From Neoconidiobolus thromboides FSU 785 (Eukaryota; Fungi; Entomophthoromycota): 39,575 nucleotides of DNA. The DNA lies in NCBI GenBank assembly GCA_025603075.1, contig MU626434.1:1-39575 (forward strand). Reading direction: 5' to 3'. The position numbers were made by a program, and so were the translations under genes. Within the stretch, counting starts at the first letter, position 1; every line of letters begins with the position of its first letter. The notes below the pieces were generated by a model. The model saw only the letters and a program-made list of their open reading frames with translations, ran no database searches and was not told the DNA's origin. This document shows positions 1 through 9,588 of this stretch, piece by piece.

Positions 1-283
1 AAAAGAGTTTACAGAGTATAATAGTTCGAGGCTTTTTAACTGAATTAATCCCTGATATCTCGAACATTTAATAAAGCCACTAAGTTTTCTTAATATTATT
101 TTACATAGATTTTACATTAGTATTGTCTATTCTATTTGTCTTATATAGCTTGTAACCTATTACGTGCTATTCCTCATAATCCAAGTCTATCTTAGTCACA
201 TAAACTAAGACCTTTCGACTTATAGTGTAGTCAACCCAGCAATAGCTGTTCTTGACTCCAAACCCTGAGTACCAGATTTCACA
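1..283 (+). mobile_element. Solo-LTR-like element, copy 1 (5' part outside window; strand is relative only)
   Basis: Positions 1-283 are the reverse complement of 441-723 with about 6 substitutions counted by eye; ends in ...AGATTTCACA like the other copies. Confidence 0.7.
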
Positions 284-291
284 CCCCATAT

Positions 292-389
292 GGTGATGTT
301 TTTTTTTGACTTCATCACTTTTTTCCTCTTTTAAGCACTATTTGAGCAGAAAGATTGTTGGTAAAATTCTTACATAAAAATACATCCTC
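292..389 (-). mobile_element. GGGGATG-family MITE
   Basis: GGTGATG...CATCCTC ends, family core (aagcactatttgagc...gtaaaattctta), ATAT direct repeat at 288-291 and 390-393. Confidence 0.85.
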
Positions 390-440
390 ATATTATATTT
401 TTAATATATTTTTTAACTATTTCATTGTTATAGTTACAAC

Positions 441-840
441 TGTGAAATCTGGTACTCAGGGTTTAGAGTCAAGAACAGCTATTGCTGGGTTGACTACACT
501 ATAAGTCGAAAGGTCTTAGTTTATGTGACTAAGATAGACTTGGGTTATGAGGAATAGCACATAATAGGTTACAAGCTATATAAGACAAATAGAATAGACA
601 ATACTAATGTAAAACCTATGTAAAATACTATTAAGAAAACTTAGTGGCTTTATTAAATGTTCGAGATATCAGGGAATAATTCAGTTAAAAAGCCTCGAAC
701 TATTATACTCTGTAAACTCTTTTATACTCTGAAAAGTATAAGTATCAAAATGAGAAGATAATATTCTTTTGGGTGGAACTAGAAATTCTCATAATAAATC
801 AAAATAATTAACCATGGGACTGACAAAGCGATATTTCACA
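441..840 (-). mobile_element. Solo-LTR-like element, copy 2 (complete, 400 bp)
   Basis: Starts TGTGAAAT and ends ATTTCACA (TG...CA, 8-bp inverted ends); flanked by an exact 4-bp direct repeat CAAC (437-440, 841-844); no ORF. Confidence 0.75.
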
Positions 841-889
841 CAACTACCTCTTTTGCATTTTTGTATTTGTTTTAATAAACATAGTATTT

Positions 890-1001
890 AGAAGTGTTTT
901 CTAGTTCCATCGCTTTTTCCATTTTCCAAGTGCTATTTGAATAGAATAATTGTTAGTAAAATTTTTGAACAAAAAAATAAAGTACTTTAATAAACATCTC
1001 T
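890..1001 (-). mobile_element. Degenerate GGGGATG-family MITE
   Basis: Core tttttccattttccaagtgctatttgaa...ttgttagtaaaattttt matches the family; termini eroded, boundaries approximate. Confidence 0.6.
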
Positions 1002-1097
1002 AATAAAGTAAAAATATAAAATAAAATATAAATAGTAACAAATTAATATTAAAATTAAAATATTTACTAAAACATTTTATATTTGTACTGCTAATAT

Positions 1098-1194
1098 GGA
1101 AATGTTTTTTTGACTTCATCACTTTTTCTATTTTTTAAGCGCTATTTAAGTGAAAAAATTATTAGTAAAATTCTTAAACACAAAATACATCCCC
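1098..1194 (-). mobile_element. GGGGATG-family MITE
   Basis: GGAAATG...CATCCCC ends, family core, ATAT duplication on both sides. Confidence 0.85.
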
Positions 1195-1302
1195 ATATAT
1201 TTAAAAAGTATAAAAAATCATATAAATATATAATTAGTTTAAAATAAATAATAATAACAATAAAACATAATATTTCTTTTAATAAAATTAGTTAGAATAT
1301 AT

Positions 1303-1763
1303 TGTGAAATATCACTTTATCAACTCCATGATTGATTATAGCATAGTAACCATATAAGTTGTGCTCTTGAGCTCAGAGACAATCAATCCCATGCTCTTAA
1401 TTTGATTTGCTATGGGAATTTCTAGCTTCATCTCAAAGAACATTATCTTCTCCCCTTGATATTTATACTTGTCAGAGTATAAAAGAAATTTTAGAGTATA
1501 GTAACTCAAGGCTTTTTAACTGAATTATTTCTTGGTATCTCGCACATTTAATAAAGCCGCTAAATTTTCTTAAGAGTATTTTTCATAGATTTTACAGTGA
1601 TATTGTCTATTCTATTTGTCTTATATACTTTATGGTATATTACTTGCTATTATTCGTAATCCAAGTCTATCTTAGTCACATAAATTAAGACCTTTCGACT
1701 TATAGTATAGTCAACCAGATGATAGCTCTTATTGACTCCAGTTACTGAGTATCAGATCTCACA
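1303..1763 (+). mobile_element. Solo-LTR-like element, copy 3 (461 bp, more diverged)
   Basis: TGTGAAAT...ATCTCACA; colinear with the reverse complement of 441-840 plus ~60 bp of extra sequence; flanks ATAT/ATAC (4-bp TSD with one mismatch). Confidence 0.7.
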
Positions 1764-1825
1764 ATACTAAAACCAATTAAGTAATTAAAATAAACTTTAA
1801 TATTTTAATAAATTAACTAAAATAT

Positions 1826-1924
1826 GGGGATGTATTTTTGTATTTAAGAGTTTTACTAACAAATTTTCCGCTCAAATAGCGCTTAAAAAATGGAAAAAGT
1901 AATGAAGCCAAAAGAAACACTCCC
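1826..1924 (+). mobile_element. GGGGATG-family MITE
   Basis: GGGGATG...CACTCCC ends; core ttttccgctcaaatagcgcttaaaaaatggaaaaag; ATAT/ATAT flanks. Confidence 0.9.
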
Positions 1925-2073
1925 ATATATTAGTTATTCAGAAATTAAATTGCTTTCAAAAATTTTAATAGCCTTTTTATATACATTAATAATCAAAGTT
2001 ATTTATGAGAAATTTTGTTTTAAAAACAACAATAAAAAATCAAATATATGTAAAATTATATTAAATTAAATAT

Positions 2074-2174
2074 GTGAAGAATGTGTTTCCATGTTTGAGA
2101 ATTTTACTAATAATTTTTCTGCTTAAATAGTGCTTGAAAATAGAAAAAGGAATGAAATCAAAAAAAACATACTC
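2074..2174 (+). mobile_element. Degenerate GGGGATG-family MITE, followed by a partial right-end duplicate (~2179-2208)
   Basis: Family core gaattttactaataatttttctgcttaaatagtgcttgaaaatagaaaaagg; ATAT/ATAT flanks; then gaaagtaatgaagctaaaaaaacactttc. Confidence 0.75.
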
Positions 2175-2482
2175 ATATGAAAGTAATGAAGCTAAAAAAA
2201 CACTTTCATATCCTTTCAAAGATATTGTTTAATCAAATAATGAATATGATCATTTGAATATTGTGGATAAACATTGCCTAATTTTTATTGATCAAAATAA
2301 AACTGTAACAAATATTGCTCCTACAGTTTAAATCAAATTAACTTTGGGCATCAAGTATTAAAAAATAATAATGTAATTAGTGAAATCGATTAGAAATTAT
2401 GGTCTAATCGAACAGAATCTTTTGAAGTCCCCAATGCTCACATGGTTAACTGATTCTTTTTTAAATTTTCATCTTAATAAGT

Positions 2483-2577
2483 GGGGATGTATCTTGTGTT
2501 TAAGAATTTTACTAATAATTTTTTCGCTTAAATAGCGCTTAAAAAATAGAAAAAGTGAAGTCAAAAAAAACATTCCC
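2483..2577 (+). mobile_element. GGGGATG-family MITE
   Basis: GGGGATG...CATTCCC; exact AAGT duplication at 2479-2482 and 2578-2581. Confidence 0.9.
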
Positions 2578-2886
2578 AAGTAGTCAAAGTTTGGTATTTA
2601 AAAACATGTTCTATTCTTTTTGTATCGATTAACTATTTTTATAAAGATATATCAAATAGTTTAAAGAATAATAAGATGATTTAAATTAATTTTGATACTT
2701 TACAATTTATAATTCTACTCTTACATCTTTGTCAGTAAAGTAACTAAACTAAAGCATCAAAAATTTGTTCTTCAATAAAAAAATAATCGACAAAATCGCA
2801 GCTTTAAAAAAGAATATTGAAAAAAATTAAGGAATTTATTTTTAGCATTTTTTTAAACTATAAGACGTTAAATAAAACTTCAAATA

Positions 2887-4146
2887 ATGGAAGAATACAA
2901 GGGAATAACTATCAAGGGGAAGGAATTAAATTATTACGAATTTCTGGGACTGGATATTAATGTTAAAGAAGGAAAAGAGATTACCAAAGCTTATCGAGCC
3001 AAATCTTTAATTTATCATCCAGATAAAAATCAAGAAGATCCAGATGCAGGTAATTTATTTTAATTATTAATTATTGATTATTAACTATCAGTTATTAATT
3101 ATCAGTTATTAATTATTAATTATTAATTATTAATTTTAATTTATAGAACAATTATTTGTGTCTTTAAAAAAAGCATATGATACCTTAAAAGATGAAAATA
3201 AAAAAAAAGAATACGATAATTATTTAAAAAACACATTAGAAAAGAAGGAGAGAGTTAGGAGGATGGACACTACTCGTAAGAGAAACAAAGATGGTAAATA
3301 TTTATATTTTTTTATGTGATCCTTTTTTAAATAAAAACGATATTATTTTTTAGATTTGGAAAGAAGAGAAAGAGAAGCTAAAGAACAAAGGATTTATAAA
3401 CAACAACAGCAAAAAAAACAAGAATCAGACGTAAGTTTATTCTATTTTTTATATTCATTTTTTATATTAAAAACCTATAGATTGATAGACTGAGAAAAAA
3501 CTTTGCTGCTGGAGTAAATAATAATCCATCAGAAGCACCCTATCAAACATACGAGAAAGAAGTATTACCTGAAATTAAAACGGAAGTAGAATTAATTAGT
3601 TTAAAATTAAAAGTATTAGAGAAAGAAATCAAAGCTTCGGATACAAGTATAAAAATTAAATGGTCCAAAGAGGAGAATATAAATGAAGAAGAATTATATG
3701 AATTATTTAATTCTTTTGGTACTGTTGAACATATAATTGGTAATTATAAAAAAAAAGTGCCAAATGCATTAATATCGTTTACTAATGTTATGGGACCTCA
3801 TGCTATAATGCAAAATAAGTTAAGAAATGATAAAAGGTTGGAGAAATTCACTGTTTCTTGGGTTAACTCGGAAAATAAAGAACCAGAAAGAGTAACTCAA
3901 ATTATTAAATTGATGGAAGAATTAGAAATTGCTATGAGTAAAGAAAATAATAGTAATAAAAACAATAAAAAAAGAAAGAGAAGTGAAATTCCAAAACAAC
4001 TTTTTAAGGTAAATTGAATTCTAATTCTAATAATTAATTATATAATAATCATTTTATTTTAGAAAACAGCTTACCTTTCACTTAACGAACTTGAAACTAT
4101 GGTTCATTTTAAAGCACAAAGATTTGACCTTAAATATGGACTCTAA
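2887..4146 (+). CDS. CWC23: J-domain + RRM protein, CWC23/DNAJC17-like spliceosome co-chaperone (5 exons, ~332 aa)
   Basis: Manual splicing 2887-3049, 3147-3293, 3354-3430, 3481-4008, 4063-4146 stays in frame: NYYEFLG...KAYRAKSLIYHPDKN (HPD motif)...KAYDTLKD...KEYD, coiled coil, then IKIKW...LYELFNSFGTVE...ALISF (RRM-like). Confidence 0.8.
3057..3135. repeat. (TAATTAT)n-type minisatellite inside intron 1 of the J-domain gene
   Basis: Repeated ttaattat/ttattaat units expand this intron to 97 bp versus ~50-60 bp for the gene's other introns. Confidence 0.7.
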
Positions 4147-4289
4147 AATATCAAGTAAAGTTATTTATCTTATTCTTTTTTTTAAATATATAATCTATAA
4201 AATTAAAATTTATTATTATTATAAATTTTATTAATATACAAAATAGAAAATAGAGATATTAAAACTTAACATTTATTTATTTGTCTGTT

Positions 4290-5723
4290 TCAAGTTAATT
4301 GATCTTCCACAGGTATAAAACTTTTCATAGATTCCAAGAGATCTTTAATAACTGCTTTTGAAGTAGAAGAGGATATAATTTGATACTGATCAAATAAAAA
4401 TTTATAAACTTGAACTAAATTCAATTGTTCTTGAGTACCTGCTAATTCTTTTTTATTAAATCCTTTTAGTTTTTTATTAATTGTATCAGATAAAGTATCA
4501 AAAAACAATTTTAATAAATTATTTAGAAATGAATTTAATTCTTGTTCACCTTCAATGAAATAAGAGCGAAATAATGTTTCTTCATCACGAATAATAATAG
4601 TTAAATGAGCGATTCCATCTAAAGTTGATATTATTAAATCGTTATGACAAGCTAGTTGAGTAATAAATGAATTTAAACTATTTAATCGAAAGTTTATATA
4701 ACAATCGAAACAATCTAATAATAAATTATTATAATCATTATTTAACATATATCGACTTTCAATTTCAAATATTAGTGGTCTTATTTCACTAGCTAAATAT
4801 CTTAATTTTTGTTGTAAATTATTAATATCATTAATACTAATATTGTTATTATTATTGTTATTATTATTATTTAATTCTAATTTATTAATACTTTCATAAA
4901 AATTTAAATGAATAATAGATAATGCTCTTGTCATACATTGTTGATATTTATCTAAATAAAGCTTACTATCTTTATAATTTAAATTTAATTTCATAAAATT
5001 AATACAGTTGTCTAATAAATATAAAGTAGGTTTAAATTGAGAATGATAACACATATCTGTACCTGGAGAAGATAAAAATTGATAAATTGGTGTTAATTGA
5101 TTAAAATAAACTAATTCTTTTTCTATTATTTCTATTTTATTTATTAATGTTTCATTTTCTTGAATAATATCAAAACAAATCTGTTGTATACTTTGATTAT
5201 TAATTTCCATTTTTTGATATTGTTTTGTTAAATTATCACTTGTTTCTTGAAGTTGCAATATGTTTTTTTTAATCTTTTGAATCTTTTCAATATACAAATT
5301 TAATTGATTAATATACGATTGATAAATGTCTTCTTTTCCTTGAAATAAATAAGGTTCTAAATTATTAAACCAAAGCTGAAATGCTTGAATGGAGTTAATT
5401 TCTTTAGTTGGTAAAAACATAGAATTACTTAAACTTATTTCATTATTTGTATCAGATAATGGTGATTTTGATAAATTGGGGCTTATTGAGTTTACTAGTT
5501 TTGGCGTAAGAGTTGTAGTTGGTATATTTAAAAATGGGGAGCCTGTTAAACTTCGAATGTCAGTAGTAATATCTTTAATAACTTCTTCAGGGATAGGGGG
5601 TTCTGAGTACAAACTATCGATATATTCTAAAGATTGAAGATGATCTGAACTTAATTTAATTTCATTAAATATATCTTCAAATAAATTATTTTGTTTATTT
5701 TGTTTATTTTGTTTATCTATCAT
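4290..5723 (-). CDS. COG3: COG complex subunit 3 (Sec34)-like, only 477 aa
   Basis: Single ORF with Sec34-type segment LVYFNQL...LSSPG...LDNCINFM..N.NYKDSKLYLDKYQQCMTRALSII, then LIFEIESR and LLLDCFDCY; stops after IPVEDQLT. Confidence 0.8.
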   Translation of the reverse strand: MIDKQNKQNKQNNLFEDIFNEIKLSSDHLQSLEYIDSLYSEPPIPEEVIKDITTDIRSLTGSPFLNIPTTTLTPKLVNSISPNLSKSPLSDTNNEISLSNSMFLPTKEINSIQAFQLWFNNLEPYLFQGKEDIYQSYINQLNLYIEKIQKIKKNILQLQETSDNLTKQYQKMEINNQSIQQICFDIIQENETLINKIEIIEKELVYFNQLTPIYQFLSSPGTDMCYHSQFKPTLYLLDNCINFMKLNLNYKDSKLYLDKYQQCMTRALSIIHLNFYESINKLELNNNNNNNNNNISINDINNLQQKLRYLASEIRPLIFEIESRYMLNNDYNNLLLDCFDCYINFRLNSLNSFITQLACHNDLIISTLDGIAHLTIIIRDEETLFRSYFIEGEQELNSFLNNLLKLFFDTLSDTINKKLKGFNKKELAGTQEQLNLVQVYKFLFDQYQIISSSTSKAVIKDLLESMKSFIPVEDQLT

Positions 5724-5887
5724 TTTTTATTAATTTTACTCAATTGTTAATTTGAATTCTTACAAATGAAAAAGCTTACAATTAGATATTTTATTCGTCA
5801 TTATTGAAATCAGATTGAAATTAATAATTTTATGCAAAAAAAGAATTCCATTCAAAAAGTTTATTTTACTAAATATTAACTTTACTA

Positions 5888-6214
5888 ATGTTAGCTCATC
5901 TTAAAGCAATATCAACAAGCTATCGTATCTTTCAACTTCCGTTACTTAATTGCAAATTTTATACAAAAACAAGTATTATGTGTGAAAAGAAATCAAATTT
6001 ACCATTAGGATTACCTAGTATAGAAGATACAACTAATGAACAAAAAGATACAACGGTTAAATTAAATGATTTAGGACCAGTAATTATTAATGTTGATGGT
6101 ACTATATCAAGAGTTAATAATTGGAATGCAATGAGTGATATAGAAAAAGAAACATTTAATCGATTAATATTAAAACGTAATAAAGAGAGATTAAATCTAT
6201 TAAAAGATAAATAA
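5888..6214 (+). CDS. Small conserved protein of unknown function (108 aa)
   Basis: LGPVIINVDGTISRVNNWNAMSDIEKE...KRNKERL resembles a recurring uncharacterised eukaryotic motif (recalled, not searched); N-terminus is basic/hydroxylated with no acidic residues for ~30 aa; divergent from COG3 across 164 bp. Confidence 0.75.
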   Translation: MLAHLKAISTSYRIFQLPLLNCKFYTKTSIMCEKKSNLPLGLPSIEDTTNEQKDTTVKLNDLGPVIINVDGTISRVNNWNAMSDIEKETFNRLILKRNKERLNLLKDK

Positions 6215-6652
6215 AATTTAAATTAAAAATAAAAAATAAAAATAGATTATTTCTATTAATTTCAATTTACTTATTTTTAATTTAAATTCTATTCTTTTTA
6301 TTCATATTTGAAATTTATTTGTTAATTGTTTGAAATACTTTTTATTTGTTAGATATTATCACATATTAATTGAAAAAATAATGGATTAAGGGTAAACTTA
6401 AAACGGAGTGAATATTATTTTGTATTTCAAAAGGGTTGGAAGGAGGAGTAGGGAAGAGCGAGTGAGGTTAAGCTAAAAATAGTCAAGAAAAAAAATGATA
6501 TTATACTATAATGAAGAGAATATTCTTTGTATCTCAAAGAAATGAGGAAGTGAGTGAGTGTATGTGATTGAGACTAGTTAAAAATAGTTAAATGGTTGAT
6601 TGGAGATTATATTATAATTATAATTTTTGATTTTATAAAATATCAAATGAAA

Positions 6653-7762
6653 TTATTTAATAGTTGGATAACAAGAACCTAATTTACGTTGTCCCATAGA
6701 TTGAAAAGAATGAACTATAATAGCTGTTTCAATACCTGAAAATGAAGCAGATATTTTTTCTTGTTCAGTAAGGAAACAAAGGGTATATAAAGCCATTTCA
6801 AATTCAGGTGATGTACCGATAAATCCAGAAGAAATAGGCTTAGAACAATTTTTCCAAGTGAATTTGGTTTGTAATAAATGTTCTTTCCCATTTGGATTTT
6901 GTAAGGGATGAGAATGATGAGGTGCTACATAACCATGATAATTAAGTCGATTAGCTTTTTCTTCATAATAAAAATAAATCCAATTATGAAACCCTAAGAT
7001 TTCTTCATTTCTGGTTTCTCCTAAAAATACATGTTCAAAAGCAGAAGAATCATTCTTTGTTTCTCTTTTATATAATTTAAACCAAATATCATACATCATA
7101 CGTTGAAAACTAGTGGGATCCCCACTGCATAATCTTTTAGCTACTAAATATTGATGTAAATACATACCAGGTTTAGTGGATGCAAAAGCTTTTAAAAATT
7201 GTTCCATTTCCCCAATTTCCTTAGTTCCAAAGCTTTCTTCAATTCCAGTAGAACTATTATAATTATCTAATAAATCATAGAAATATTTGTAAGTTGGAAT
7301 GGTAAGGATACGTGACTCATTAACATATCGAAATAATTTCTGGGAGCCTGAATCTCCGGTTCTAGAATTTTTTAAATATAACTCATACTAAAAACAATTA
7401 ACAAATTTAAAATATTTAATAAATAAACTTACGTCTAAACCAGGATTAAGTCGATTACTATCTAAATTCCATAATTTTTCAATTGCTAATCGAATATTAG
7501 AAAGTTCATCTGAAGTTGGGTTAATTTGAGCTTGAGAAGAGTTAGAAGATACACTTGAAGTTGGATAACTAGTAGGCTTTTGAATCGGAGTAGGTTTATA
7601 ATTAGCTTGACTATTATCATGCCATTCACCTAAAGGTATATCATTTAATGTTGGATAGATTTGTTTATTTGGTTTAGTTGCTTGAGAATAAGAATAATTA
7701 TTATTATCTTCATTGTTTGATGAACAACATAACGATTTTAGTAACCCTGATAAAAAATCCAT
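6653..7762 (-). CDS. EndoU/XendoU-family uridylate-specific endoribonuclease (2 exons, ~354 aa)
   Basis: Exons 7762-7433 and 7387-6653 (45-bp GT-AG intron) join in frame; motifs LWNLDSNRL, LFRYVNE...TYKYFYDLLDNY, SSAFEHVFLGE, GFHNWIYFY, KPISSGFIGTSPEFEMALYTLCF. Confidence 0.9.
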
Positions 7763-8343
7763 CTTTCTTCTATAAAAACGTATTAAAGAAATTAAGTTTA
7801 TTAACAATGAAAACTATTGTTGTTTGATTTCTCTTTTTTAAATAAATAAAATTGATACAAGTGTTTATTTATGACTAAAATAATACTAATATCGAAATAG
7901 TTGCCCCAGATCTTTATAGCCACTGTGTGATTTGAACCAATTAAAAATCAAGAACTTTAATGACTTCCAATCAAATTCAAAAAGAAACCTTGGCCAAAGG
8001 TTTAGTTCCAATTTAAGACAAAACTTAACAATTCAAATTGAAACTTATTGGATCAAAATCAAAATAATAGTATAAAAATATATTTAAATATCCAATTATT
8101 ATTAATATTATCAATAATAACTTTTAAAAACTATCAAATCCTAAATCCAAATATCTTACCTCTAAACCCCTTTTTTGATAATTAATTGATATCAGCCAAT
8201 CATCTGTTGCTATTAATAGTTTCTAGCTTAAATATTTACCAATTAGATTCATTTCAATAAAAAAATTAAGCCTAATTCAATATTAAAACACATGCAAAAG
8301 AACCTAAATCAATAATTTGATATTGGAGTATTGATTTCACTTG

Positions 8344-8381
8344 GCCTTATACTGAGATCAACAGCCTTATACTGAGATCAA
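8344..8381. repeat. Local tandem duplication (2 x GCCTTATACTGAGATCAA, period 20)
   Basis: Exact 18-mer at 8344-8361 and 8364-8381. Confidence 0.9.
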
Positions 8382-8823
8382 TAATGTTGTATATTATTGA
8401 ATTAAAATCTAGATGAAATAATTTGAACATTAATATTAAGTCTATCTACTTTATTTTTTAACAAAATAATATTATTCTAGCCTACTATTATATATATTTT
8501 TAGACAAAACTTCAAGCTATTAATTTTATCGATAATAAAGTTCTTTATTAAATCATAATCTTTAAACATATCTATGTTAGTCATGACATCTAGTATACTA
8601 ATATTTATAATATCTAAGAGTAACGGATGAGTTTTATATAAGAGTGATACTTAACGATATTTGTAAGAATAGAATCAATTATAATTTTGACGTAATGTTT
8701 GAAAATTGCAAAATAAAAATAGCATAATTACATTCCAAAACAGTAGTATAATATAAAATTAATAACATATTAAATAATAATAATTTCCAATTTCTAAAAT
8801 TATCAATGTTATAATTAGTATCA

Positions 8824-9435
8824 ATGACTTACAAAATTGACAATATATTAAAATTAATATTAAAACTATTAAGTTATTCACCAATATTGCTATTTTTTTT
8901 ATTAATACCAAAATGGTTGACTTGTTTATGGCACTTTGATTTATTAATCGGAGCTGTTAATAATGCAGTACTTAGTTATTTTTTGAAGGGGATTATAAAG
9001 TCAAAAAGGCCTGGGAGTAAGAGCTTTAGTTATTAGTTAGTATGGAGATATTTATTTGTATTTAGTTAAAAACAGATCGAGTTATGGTATGCCTTCAAGT
9101 CATTCTGCTTTTATTGGTTATATCTGGTCTTTTCTATTTCTAGAAGAATATAATAATAAAATAGAAAGGTAGATTAACTATAAGCATGTTATATATATTC
9201 TAATATCGCATTTAGTATAAAATTAAATAATCGAATAATATTACTACTATGGGGATTATCAGTTATTTATTCTAGGTATTGTTCAAATAGTATTTTTTTT
9301 AAATAGTTCTATTAATATTATTTAAGGTATCACTTTAAACACCATACTATTGTTCAATTATTAGTTGGTATACTTACCGGTAGTTTGTTGGCCTTTTTTT
9401 GGACAAACATCAAGCTATCATCGATTATAATTTAA
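8824..9435 (+). CDS. PAP2-family membrane lipid phosphatase (4 exons, ~154 aa)
   Basis: Exons 8824-9016, 9066-9168, 9216-9275, 9327-9435 splice in frame to give all three PAP2 motifs: KGIIKSKRP, YGMPSSHS, SRYHFKHHTIVQ. Confidence 0.85.
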
Positions 9436-9588
9436 TTCAATTCAATTTAATTTGATTTAATTTAATCTAATAGATTGAATTTATAACTAAATACAAAATT
9501 GCATCAAAGATAATCAGTAAAAAATAGACAACACATTCATATATTCATTACTTGTTAATGATTTGTTTACTTCCTTTTTTATTATTAT

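Noticed and set aside
441-840. Ginger-type DNA transposon (TGT...ACA ends, 4-bp TSD)
   Set aside because: The inverted termini are only 8 bp whereas Ginger TIRs are typically tens to hundreds of bp; solo LTR preferred, but not formally excluded.
292-2577. Clustered repeats as a CRISPR-like array
   Set aside because: Eukaryotic context, ~95-bp units in both orientations, irregular spacing, individual TSDs and no cas genes.
5389-5637. ORF-track antisense or alternate-frame ORFs inside real genes (5389, 14598, 16738, 17199, 23686, 25372, 25861, 31939, 32294, 33044, 33301, 38043)
   Set aside because: They overlap well-supported CDSs and show no recognisable motifs; expected shadows of codon bias.
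7985-8003. Imperfect palindrome AAACCTTGGCCAAAGGTTT in the EndoU/PAP2 divergent promoter
   Set aside because: Single short occurrence with no supporting context.
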